Both the position numbers and the translations under genes were made by a program. A stretch of 48,076 nucleotides of DNA, filler included, from Hemiscyllium ocellatum (taxonomy: Eukaryota), in the NCBI RefSeq assembly GCF_020745735.1. It is 2 parts of 2 records of this genome, joined end to end, with 100 filler letters (N's around TTAATTAATTAA, not from the genome) between each part and the next. Parts side by side here need not be neighbours in the genome. Positions count along the whole stretch, not along the records: positions 1 to 28,717 come from NW_026867490.1; positions 28,818 to 48,076 come from NC_083409.1. The stretch is one strand, 5' to 3'. Shown piece after piece: positions 24,601-35,189 of the stretch. Positions within the stretch are counted from its first letter, which is position 1, and each line of letters starts with the position of its first letter. The notes beneath the pieces were generated by a model. It was not told where the DNA came from. It did not search any database and worked only from the letters and a program-made list of their open reading frames with translations.

Positions 24601-25145
24601 TTTAAGTTCATCACCCTTATTTCTGCTACGTTTTGCGTTAAGCTGGACACATTTTAACCCATGACACTGATGCAACTTTGTCTTATCAAGTGTGTATCCC
24701 TACTCACAGATTTTCTGCACGCTGTAACTCGCTGTTCACCTCATCCTCCAATTCGCAGCTGCAGTTCTCATCCAACTGCCAATCTGGATTAAAACCTCCC
24801 GAAGAGCTCTTGCAAACCACTTGCGCAGGATATTGGTGCCCCTCCAGTCTGGGTGCAACCATCCTTCTTGGACATGTCCTACCTTCACCAGATAGTATCC
24901 CAATAATTCACGTATCTAAGTCCCTACACGGACATTGCAGCCAAGAGTTCATCAGCATTCACTCTCTCATCCTCGCCTCTCCAGCCCATGGAGTGGTAGC
25001 ACACCTGAGATTACTACTCTGTTCTTCCTGCCATCTAGCTTCCAACCTAGCTCCCTGTATTCACTTCTCGTGTCCTTCATCCTTTTGTTAGCTGTGTCAT
25101 TGGTACAGATGTGTGCCATGACTTGTGTGGTGCTTCTTCACCGTT
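21655..25145. mobile_element. CR1 LINE block: plus-strand 3' fragment (about 21655-22185) and long minus-strand ORF2/APE copy (about 22190-25145)
   Basis: Minus-strand motifs MDVVYVDFSKAL, HGFVSNKSCLTKLIDFFE and MRGDFNFCNIDW; plus-strand CR1 3' UTR. Confidence 0.9.
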
Positions 25146-25149
25146 TCTG

Positions 25150-25295
25150 AGGAGATTCGATTGGGAAATAGGAGGTAAGTCTGCAGAGAAGCTTTCTCCA
25201 ATTTGAACGAGAACAAGAAATGAGTTGCAATAATTATCTCTGGAGTAATTGTCTTTGAATCAGCCACGCAATATTACAAACTGCTACCCACAGTG
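25150..25295 (+). pseudogene. 3' relic of a TCR V exon with a perfect heptamer
   Basis: AFSNLNENKK*VAIIISGVIVFESATQYYKLL (FR3-like, Cys to Tyr TAC) plus CC, then CACAGTG (25289-25295). The Cys-to-heptamer spacing is identical to V(4851). The 5' part is cut by the CR1 block. Confidence 0.6.
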
Positions 25296-26048
25296 TTATC
25301 GAGGTTCAGTGAAACAACAAGAGATTCCCACCTCCATCCCTTCATACATTCGGATCTCTGATCTCCATTGTGAATGGTCAATATATTCAAAAATTAGAAA
25401 GGCCAGTTTTTCCGAGGTCTCTTTCTGCGTGTGTTCAATTAAAATATTACTTTATATCTGTTGTGTGTATTATTCATGACAAAACTCTTTGCAGGACAGA
25501 CTCCAATATGAAACAGCAAAAACATGCAATATTACACGTCACTAGCCTAACGTAAAGTTTTACACTTCAAAGGACCAGGACAAAGGACCAGGGTTAGAGT
25601 TGCTGAATGCCTCATTATTTTGTTGTACGCCAGAGAGTCGTCATTTCTCGGTTTCTTTCCGAATGATGGCGGTAGAGTTGTGATCTCACTGGTAAGCGGA
25701 CTTAGAAATGAGGCAGAATTGTGGATGAACTGTCGACCAAATGTTGTAATAATGAATGGCACAGCAATTTTCAAGAGCCAAGACATACTACAAATTGCAT
25801 GGTGCGTCAGGCGACTAACTCTCTGTTCGTATTGTCTGCAGAACAAAAGGATTCTCAGCTGATTATATGTCACATGGTGTCTGTGCCAGATATGAACCAA
25901 TCCTCACCCTATCCGGATATTACATTTTCACTATTTCGATTTAAAACTGTTCAGCTTCTGTTTCTTCTGTTCAAACACTCAATTATCTATGAGCTGATAC
26001 ACTTCAACTCTAGCTCTCTCTGCTTAAATCCACTATTCGCTCACAACC

Positions 26049-26552
26049 ATGTCACTTCTTATTTATTCATCATTCCTAACAGTAGCAGTTCTCTTAAGTG
26101 GTAAGTTGTCGAGTTGTAAAACGGATGCGTCATGTGATTAGCAATATTCTCTTTATTTGTGTTTCACAGTGTTAAAATATATATTCTTAATTTGTAAATA
26201 GTTATTATAATCGTCATTTGAATTGTTTTTTCTAAATTTCTGTAGGTGTTAATTGTGCAGACCATGTCTCACAAAAGCCGGTTACAGTAGCACAGCTCGA
26301 AGCAGATTCTGTGACTATTCATTTCAGCTATACAATTGCAGGTGCTCAATATTCCCTACAGTTGTACCGCCAAGATCCAGGTACACCTCCGATATTCTTG
26401 ATCTACATCCCTACATATGAAGAGGTCGTGAGAGCGAAAGATATTGGTGATCGATTCTCTGCATCTCTGGACATTTCAAACAAGGAGGGAAATTTCACCA
26501 TCAGTAGTCTCCAACTGTCTGACAGCGCGGTGTATTACTGTGCGCTGAAAGA
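26049..26552 (+). CDS. TCR V alpha/delta segment, open frame but lacking the first Cys and the conserved Trp (leader 26049-26100, V exon 26246-26552)
   Basis: Leader MSLLIYSSFLTVAVLLS with a G|GTAAGT donor and TGTAG acceptor. The V reads GVNCADHVSQKPVTVAQLEADSVTIHFSYTIAGAQYSLQLYRQDPG..FTISSLQLSDSAVYYCALKD with no stop. Confidence 0.88.
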
Positions 26553-26591
26553 CACATTGACTGGAAGAAGAGAGAGCCTCGTACATAAACA
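26553..26591 (+). promoter_or_regulatory. 23-RSS: CACATTG - 23 bp - ACATAAACA
   Basis: Heptamer 26553-26559, spacer 26560-26582, nonamer 26583-26591. Confidence 0.88.
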
Positions 26592-28717
26592 CCGCTGCAA
26601 TGGAATGACGTGCCAATTATGGTTCGTACATTCGGGAGTAACATTTACTTCTAAATTTATACTGGATTTCACTGTATTCAAATGAGCCAAAGCAATTTAC
26701 AAGGCGACAGCACTAGGGAAGGCATGCTGTCCTCATTTGATGTTGAACACATTTTGAATAAAATGCAAGTACGTCAATAATGAATGTAAACTCTTCTGAC
26801 AATTAAAGTCATTGTAAATACAATGATTGTCAAAAATAGTCTGATCAGTAAAGAAGGTGCATGCAACAGAATATAAGGCAACAATTAATCAATACTGCGG
26901 ACATTGGAGGTGAAACAACCTTATCTGGTATGCATAGATTTACAAAAGCAATTTCATCAATATTTAAAACATATTTGCAATTCAGCCTTTCTCATCAGGC
27001 TATTTTGCAATCTTCTGGGAGCCATTCCGGAACCTAATGTTCAATATTTATGTATGACATCTTATTTTTGTAGTTATATTGTTCCTTGCTTCGAACTTCA
27101 TATCACTAACCATCTCGTTGCGCCTGCTAATGTTATGGAGAGTTGGAATTAATATGTGTTTTTATGTTGAATATGATGAGACTTGCAAACAGGATATTGC
27201 AATTATTAAATGTTTCACTGGACAGGCTTCAGTTTTCGCTACAAAATGATATTTCAAATGAAAACAATCAGTTCCTTTGCAGTATGACCTTTCTGAAACT
27301 GCCAAGCGAGGACATATCTCGTTATAGTCTACCAGAAGCATTTTCTTGCTTCATTCCAGTTGCAACTTCACAGAAATTGCCAATAAAACAGCATACTTGA
27401 GCTCCACTATACAGTCAGTGATAGCATCAGTAACCGATTTGAAAATATCAAAAATATGTTTATGTGAACGATACTGAAGGTCTTCCCGTTCATGCATCTA
27501 CTGAAACAACAATGTGCAACACCCTGTTGCACACGGCCCTCGCCAGGCAACAGCTGTGACCCAGAATCTTGCTGCTGTTATTGCACAAAGCTTTCGCTGG
27601 TTCCCCTCACTGATAGGTTCCTTGCACAGTGATGGACTGCGGTGTCAGATAGCATCAGCTCCGAGACGATCAATCAAAACAACGTGTCAGATTTCTGGGA
27701 TAAATTCGTCTTAAATTCAGCACTGTAGCTTTCGAGTCTCCAGACTGAAAATTCGGGCAGCCTGCTCAGTTACTGATGGTACCAGAACAGGGAATAAGCA
27801 TTACTGGTGTTTGTGCAGCTTAAATGGAAAATGTCTCCCTCCCTCTGTGTGAGTTTGTGCTCCCACTGAGTAACGGAATCGCCATTGCTCGGATCTGGAG
27901 CACAAGGTTAAAGAAAGTGGAAATATTTAATTTAATGTACAGTTAGAAATGCGAACTGATGGCAAAACATATCGCATTGCATTTGACGCAAAATTAAATA
28001 GGAATTCCAACGTAAATAAAAAAAAACTCTGGATGCTGGAAAACTCAGATGTGAAGAAGGGTTGCTGGATCCGAAACTGAGAAAATTCTGTTTTACCTCC
28101 AAGATTATATCAAACATGTGGACTTTTCTCAGCGCTTCCTATTTTCTTTTAACATAAAATGTACTTCAAAATAACTGAATCCAGTCAATAAGAGAATCCA
28201 GCTTCCCACTTGGTCTAATTTTATTTGCATGTCCATCATTCATAATCAGTTTAAATGAGTCGCTCTTGATGATTTTATGGCCTGATTCAAATAAACCTGA
28301 ATCCAGCGAGTTCTATGTGCTAAAGAAAAAAGCAGACTTTCCTGAACATTTCTATTCGATCATATTTTAACATCTTAAACTATGACTCGTCGTTTTAAAA
28401 TCCTCACTCAGCTGAAACCTTGCCTGTATGTTAAACTCGCCAAAAACTATCAACAGTCTTATCATTATGAGAGAAACTAAGTTTCTTTCAATTGGATTTT
28501 CCAATTCCAAAGCCATTGTCCCTAATCACACATTTTTTATGATTCGTTTCCCTTTGGTCTTGCTACAAGACATATAGAAAATTGGGTTCTAATTCCTCAT
28601 GTGCAAAGGAACAAGTGTCCAATACTTACTGAAAATAGTTCTGATTTGGATCACACTTAGAATTAGAGAGATTGAACCCTTTTCTTAAGTGTAAAATTAA
28701 TTACCAAGAATGAATGT

Positions 28718-28817
28718 NNNNNNNNNNNNNNNNNNNNNNNNNNNNNNNNNNNNNNNNNNNNTTAATTAATTAANNNNNNNNNNNNNNNNNNNNNNNNNNN
28801 NNNNNNNNNNNNNNNNN
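28718..28817. other. Artificial 100-nt contig spacer N44-TTAATTAATTAA-N44
   Basis: Symmetric N runs around a 12-mer that puts TAA stops in all six frames. Confidence 0.93.
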
Positions 28818-28908
28818 TGGCAAGAGTGTGTTTTGGTGAATTTTCTGGTGGCATTGGTGGCTTAGCGGTGGCTCGGGTTTGTGGGTGTGGGGGGGAGGAG
28901 GGGGGGTC

Positions 28909-29226
28909 GGGTCAGCATGTTGGCTCAGTGGTTAGCACTGCAGCTTCATAGTACCAGGGTCCCAGGTTCGATTCCAGTCTGGGTGACTGTCTGTGTGGAG
29001 TTTGCACATTCTCCCTGTGTCTGCGTGTTTTTCCTCCGGGTGCTCTGGCTTCCTCCCACAGTCCAAAGATGTGCAGGTCAGGTGAATTGGCCAGGCTAAA
29101 TTGTCCATAGTGTTCTATGCATTACTGAGAGGGAAGTGGGTCTGGGTGGGTTACTCTTCGGAGGATCAGTATGAACTTGTAGGGCCGAAGGGCCTGTTTC
29201 CAAGCTGTGGAGAATCTAATCTAATC
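28909..29226 (+). mobile_element. HE1-type SINE
   Basis: GGCTCAGTGGTTAGCAC..GGTTCGATTCC head, same body as 13321-13668, AATCTAATCTAATC tail. Confidence 0.9.
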
Positions 29227-31635
29227 ATTGGCAGTGAAGAAGGTTGTCTAAGAATACAATGGAATCTTGACCAACTGGGCCAGTGGACTGAGGAATGGCA
29301 GATGGAGTTTAATTCAGATAAAGGTGAGTGCTGTATTTTGGTAAGACACAAGAGATGGGTGAGATCCTGAACAAATATTTTAGGTCAGTATATATTGTGG
29401 GGAAATTTAAGGAATTTGGCAAAATAGTGATGTCTTGAAAAGAGAACACATATAAATGAGGAGACGCTAAAGATCTTAAAACACATAGAGGTAGATAAAC
29501 TCGAGGACCTGATCATTGTGGCAAACTGGGGAAGAGATTTTTGGGACCCTTGCTGAGATATAAGTATCATCGGCAACCATGGATAAGGTACTGGAGAAAC
29601 AGAGAGGTTGGCTAAGATTATGCCATTATTTCAGAATGGCTGTAAGGAAAAGTGAGGGAACTATAGACCAGTGAGCCTGATGTCAGTGCTGGGTAAGATG
29701 TTGGAGTGGATTCTGTGGGACAGGATTTACACCGTTTGGATAATCAGTGTGGCTTTGTGCATAGGAAATCACGTCTCATGAATTTGATTCAGGAGGTGAC
29801 AAAAAGGATTGATGAAGACAGAACAGTAGACATTGTCAATATGGGCTTCAGAGTAAAGTGTTTGACAAGGTTCCACATGATAGACTGGTTAGTGAGGTTA
29901 GACCACATGGGGTCCAGGGGGGGCGAGCCATTGGAGTCAAAAAAATTGGCTTGAAGATAGGAGACAGAGAGTGGTGATAAAAGGTTGCTTTTCAGACTGG
30001 AGATCTGTGAATAGCTGTGTGCCACAAGGATTGGTGCTGAGTCCACAAATGCTTTACATCATTTAAAGAAATGATTTGGATGTGAATGTAGGAGTTACGG
30101 TAAGTTTGTAAATGACACCAAAATTAGTGGGACAGTGGATTGTGAAGAAGATTATCTCAGGGTACAGCGGGACCTTGATCAGATGGGACAATGGGCAGAA
30201 GAGTGGCAAATGGAGTTCAGTTTAGATAAATATGAGATGTTGCATTTTGGAAAGGCAAACCAGGGCAGGAGTTATACAGTTAATGGGAGGGCCCTGTGGA
30301 TTGTTACTGAATAACAGACCTAGGGGTGAAGATGCAGGTACCTTATTCCTTGAAAGTGGGGTCACAGGTAGACAGGGTGATGAAAAAGGTGTTTGGTTTG
30401 CTTGCTTTTGTTCATCACTGCATTGAGTACTGGAGTTGGAACATCATGTTGCAGCAGTGCAGGAGATTGGCGAGGCCACTTTGGGAATAATGTGAACAAT
30501 CCTGATCATCCTGAGATAGGAAGGATGTTGTTAAACTTAAAAAGCTGCAGAAAATATTTACAAGGATGTGGCCAGGATTTGGAGGGTTTGAGCGACAGAG
30601 AAAGGCTGAAGAAACTGGGGCTATATTCCCTGCAGCATCTAAGGCCTCGGGGTGACGTTATAGGTGTTTATAAAACCATGAGGGGCATGGACTGGGTGTA
30701 TATCCAAGGTCTTTTCCATGGGAAAGGGATTCCAAAACAAGAGGACATAAGTTTAAGGTGAGAGGCAAAAGATTCAAAAGGGACCTGAGGGGTAACTTGT
30801 CACACAGAGGGTGGTGCGTGTCTGGATTGAGCTGCCAGAGAAAACGTTGGAGGCAGATACAGTTACAGCACTTAAAACACATTGGTATGGGTACATGGAT
30901 AGGTTGGGTTTCGAGAGATGTAAGCCAAATGCTGGCAAATGGGATGAGGTCAGTTTAGGATATTTGGTTAGCATGGACAAGTTGGACTGAAATGTCTGTT
31001 TCCACGCTGTATGACTCCATGACTATGAGCGGCTGGAAAAGCTGAGACTTCTTACCCTGAAGCGGAAGGTTCTGAGGAGTGACCTTGTAGAGGTTTGGAA
31101 AATCATGAGGGACATAGATAATGTGAAGAATTCTGGAAGGAGGCAAATGTTTTGTAGCGATGGCAAAAATTGTTCCCAAAGATCATTCCAGGGATGAGGA
31201 ACATCAGTTATGAAGTTTGATCGGAGAATTTGGGACTGTCTTCTTTGGAGAAGGCTGAGAGGAGATTTGTTCGAGGAATTCAAAATCAGGAAGGGCCTGG
31301 AGAGAGTAAATAGGGAGAAAATGTTCTCAAGTGAGAAAGGATTCAGACCAAGAGACCACAGATTGAAAGCAATTGGGAAAAGGAACAAAGGTGAGATGGG
31401 GAACAACATTTTTGGCCAGTGAGTGGTTAAGGTGTGGAGTGCACTGCCTGAGAGTGTGGTGGAGGCAGCTTCAATTAAAACATTCCGAAGGGAATTTGAC
31501 TGTTATTTGAAAAGGAGCAATGTGCAGGGTGACAGGGAGAAGGCAGGAGAATGACACTCCGAGAATTGCTCATTCAGAGAGCCGGTCAAGACAGAATGGA
31601 CACCTTGTGCACTGTAACAATTCTGTGATTGTGTG
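29227..31635 (+). mobile_element. Stacked CR1 LINE fragments
   Basis: Repeated RT C-terminal motifs (WQMEFNSDKGECC, RPRGDVIGVYKTMRG, LRGDLFEEFKIRKG) and CR1 3' tails. Confidence 0.9.
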
Positions 31636-31683
31636 ATTGAGCAGAGTTAAAGCTGGGGGAGGTGGGAGCTCAGTGTCTCACTG

Positions 31684-31685
<2 letters not shown>

Positions 31686-31721
<36 letters not shown>
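31686..31721. repeat. (CTG)12 trinucleotide repeat
   Basis: Read directly from the sequence. Confidence 0.97.
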
Positions 31722-32091
31722 AGGTCAGTGAGATCAGAGACTGGGACAAGGAGCCAGAGCTCACATCAAACTCTGCCCTGAGTCTGTCACACTGAGACTG
31801 GCAGGAGGCTACTCACTGATTTCACTCCATGCTGCAGGAATTGGACCACAGGCTGAAAATGGACAGAGCTCCTCCACACAGTGAGTAAAACTTACTGACT
31901 TCTGTCTTGCTGCTTAAGCGGGGCAATGGAACTAAAGAAGTACAGCTGGACACCCTGTTCGCCACAGTGCTCCTCAATCAACCATTTCATTCACTGCAGC
32001 TCCCCACTAACACCTTCAACAATTCAGCATTTGTGTTTTAGAAAGTGTATTTCAGTATTGACAGTGTTAATAACGGACAATTGAGGTTTAC

Positions 32092-32161
32092 TTGCTCAGT
32101 CTGAGTTTGGTTCCTTTACCGAATATGTGAGAGCTCCCAGTGCAGAGGCTGTACAAAAACC
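32092..32161 (-). pseudogene. IGKJ: Ig kappa J segment with damaged RSS
   Basis: Nonamer GGTTTTTGT (32161-32153), 23-nt spacer, then CACATAT running straight into TTC GGT AAA GGA ACC AAA CTC AGA CTG AGC (FGKGTKLRLS). The nearest GT donor follows AA (phase 2). Confidence 0.9.
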
Positions 32162-32604
32162 TCTGCTCTCTGTTTCCTCCGTCACTCTCAACCTCTCCCT
32201 GTCTCTCTCTGTCTCTGTCTATTCTTGGTCAATCTCATTCACTCCCTACCCCTCTCTGTCTCTCCCTCATTCATGTGTCTTTCTCTCTCTGTCTCCCTGG
32301 GTTGTGTCCAGCTACTCTCGGGGGTTTGTGAAATTTAGTTTTCATTGTTAAATCTTGCAGCTGTTCTTCACATGCGGCCATGGAGTGTAAGAGGGAAACT
32401 TGAGGCCTTCCGTGAGCGGTGGACACAACATAGACGGGAGTGTGGAGTGGACAGTGACAATCCCAGCATGGGGTAATTTGCTCAATTTACTTTATATATA
32501 ACTGTGGATGTGTCAGTGCAGGAGGTGGAACTGTCTGTCCATTATTATACATTTCATATAACTGTTGGATGTGTCAGTACAGAAGGTGGTGTTGTGCGTG
32601 TTGA

Positions 32605-32632
32605 GATTTTTGTATGGCTCTGTATCACTGTA
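32605..32632 (-). promoter_or_regulatory. 12-RSS of V kappa with mutated first heptamer base: TACAGTG - 12 bp - ACAAAAATC
   Basis: Heptamer 32632-32626, spacer ATACAGAGCCAT, nonamer 32613-32605. Confidence 0.9.
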
Positions 32633-33163
32633 AAGGCTGCTACTATACTGCTGACAGTAATATTCAGCGACATCTTCATTCTGAACGTTGCTGATTGTCA
32701 GGGTGAAACTGGTCCCTGATCCACTGCCGGTGAATCGATCCGAGACTCCTGTGAATCGAGTTGCTGCATCATAGATCAGGAGAGAGGGTTTCTGACCTTC
32801 TCGCTGCTGGTACCAAGCAAGGTTGCTGCTAATGCTTTGACTGGTCATACAGGTGGTGGTTGCAGTCTGGCCCAGTCCCACTGACAGCACCGGGGGAGGC
32901 TGGGTCATGATGATGTCCCCACTGATACCTGAGGGGTCAGAGAGAAACACAGTGAAGTCAGAACTGTCACAGAAAGAGCCGGTCAAATGAGAGATTTTTG
33001 GAGACTCTGAGCATTCCTCTGGTTTCAGCATTTTCCCTTCAATCACAAGTCAGTGGAATTGGAGTGAAATGGAGAGCAGCTAAAGATTCAAGGTGGAAGG
33101 AGAGAGATTTGTACCTGCGACACAGAATGTCAGGGGCCAGATCAGCTGGATGTGTGAAATCAT
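32633..33163 (-). CDS. IGKV: Ig light-chain kappa (shark NS4-type) V segment, open frame (leader 33163-33115, V exon 32928-32633)
   Basis: [17 protein letters not shown]|GT donor, CCCTCAG acceptor, then [84 protein letters not shown]. Followed by a 12-RSS, with J about 440 bp downstream. Confidence 0.93.
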
Positions 33164-33223
33164 GGTGTGTGCTCCTGTCCCTGTGCCTGGTTCCTGATAA
33201 ACTCTCCCTTCACTGGGCTCTGC

Positions 33224-33277
33224 TTTATAAAGCTGCAGCCTGAGAGAGCCTGACTGGGTGTTCCTCAGTATGTAAAT
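33224..33277 (-). promoter_or_regulatory. Ig light-chain promoter: TATA box (33224-33231) and variant octamer ATTTACAT (33277-33270)
   Basis: Position and orientation are typical of V-light promoters; one mismatch to ATTTGCAT. Confidence 0.75.
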
Positions 33278-34249
33278 GGCATCAGGCAGAGAGAGCCACG
33301 TCAGCCCCTCACACTTCCTCTTCTCTCTATCTGTCTCTCTCTCTCTCTCTCTCTCTCTCAGAGAATCATTGATGTGAACAACATTGAATGACGCCAATGT
33401 GAGTAAACAGCGATCTGATGACACTAATCCCATCCTCCAGCTCTTGGCCCGTTACCCTGGAGGTTACAGCAACACAAGGGAATATCTAAATACTGCTCCA
33501 ATGTCACGAGAGTTTGTTACTCAACGAGCCTTTCAGGCAGTGAGTTCCAGACTCCCACCACCCTCTGGGTGAAAACATTTCTTCTCAATTCTCCTCTCAC
33601 TCCAATTTGACTGGGCCTGGACTCACTCAATTTTAGAAGGATGAGAGGGAATCTGATTGAAATGTATAAAATTCTAACAGGGCTGGGCAGGGAGGAGGTT
33701 TCTCCTGGTTGGGAAGTCTGGAATCAGGGGACCCAGTCTCAGGGGGATACAGGGTAGACCATTTTGGACTGAGATGAGGAAATATTTCTTCACTCAAAGG
33801 GTAGGACAACTGTGGAACCCAAGGAACTGAATAAATTCAAGAAAAAGAAAGATAATTGTTTTGCATTTTAACAGCATGAAGGGAATGGTGAGAAAGCAGG
33901 AATATGGTTTTGAGATGGAGGATCAGCCATGATCATAATGAATGACAGAGCAGACTCAAAGGGCCAAAAGGCCGTCTCCAGTTCCGAGTTTCTATGTGTC
34001 CATGTCTGTGTTACCTGGGACACAGGTTATTGAGTCCTTTACTGATATATAAAGTGCCTTCTTACCCACGCTATCACTGCCCCAAATAATCTTATCCCCC
34101 TCTATCATGTCCCCTCTCAGCCTTCACTGCTCCAAGGAAACAATCCCAACCTTTCCAAGATTTCCCCACAGCTGACCCTCCATCCCAGGCAGCATCTTGG
34201 TAAATCTCTGCACCCTCTCAAGTACAATCACATCCTTCTCAGAATGTGG

Positions 34250-34603
34250 TGACCAGGACCTATCCACCTCTCTCTCTCTGTCTCACATCTGCCACTTCTT
34301 TCTCTCTATCCCTCTCTCTCCTACTGTTAATCTCTTTCATGTTCTCTCTCTCTCTCACTCTGTTTCATAACCACTCTCCACAATTCACTCATGCTTTTTC
34401 ACTCCATCTCATAATCTTTATTTTTCCATCTCTCACTGTCTCCATAACTCCTTCCCTCTCTCGCTTCAATTTAAATCCTCTGTTTATCTCTCCTCTCCAT
34501 ACCTCCCTCTGTCTCACTCCCTCCCTCTCTGTATTCCCAATCTACAGTCGCACTCCCTCCCCCTCTGTCATTCTGTTTCTAATCATACTCATGTCTCTCA
34601 CTT

Positions 34604-34653
<50 letters not shown>

Positions 34654-34700
34654 CAGACACTCACCCGTTGTCTCTGACTCACTTCTCTCTCTTTCTCACA
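34250..34700. repeat. CT-rich low-complexity tract with (TC)n(AC)n; a shorter (TC)n lies at about 33325-33360
   Basis: Read directly from the sequence. Confidence 0.9.
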
Positions 34701-35189
34701 GTGTCCCAGGTTGTGGCAGTTGAATTCAGGATGAATCTCCCTCTCTCTGCCCCACTCATGGATGTTAACCCTTGACCCCAGAAGCATGTTTTCTCCTGGA
34801 GTAAGGCCCCATTTTCCACATTGACCTGGATTTGGCCTCTCTCAGAAAGATGGCTAGATTCTTGTCAAAGGAAGGGCAGTTCTGTGCTTTTGGCCTGTTC
34901 TCACTGGGGACTGGTTTGGACACAAAGCTCATTCCATGAAGGCCCAGCAGAGAGAGGAGATCCTCAGGCCATCAGTGTGAGCTGGGGGGACAGCACAGGC
35001 TCTGACCCACTGATCCAGCCTGTCCATTCACAACATTTTCCAATCCCTTCCCCTCTCCTACCCCTCTCTTTCCCTTTCCATGATCAGTCTCTGAGTCAGG
35101 GTAATTTACTGGGATGCGGGTTGAACCATTACACAGTTACAACAGAAAGGAACCGAACCCCACACTCACCTTGGAGTCCATGATGCACT

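Noticed and set aside
4851-26591. NARTCR cassette or IgH/TAILV assignment for the forward V genes
   Set aside because: Both forward V types have their own leader exons and TCR-type CAL(E/K) ends; no IgNAR-like V, D/J set or extra CDR1 Cys is visible.
27625-27631. Perfect CACAGTG
   Set aside because: No nonamer at 12 or 23 nt and no YYC-like sequence upstream.
31721-31890. Possible constant-domain exon or first exon of another gene (SALSLSH*DWQE; GTGAGT donor-like)
   Set aside because: Wrong strand for C kappa, contains stops, and has no Cys/Trp C1-set pattern.
32162-32604. Germline-joined VJ kappa gene
   Set aside because: V and J are separate, with both RSS remnants and 443 bp between the nonamers.
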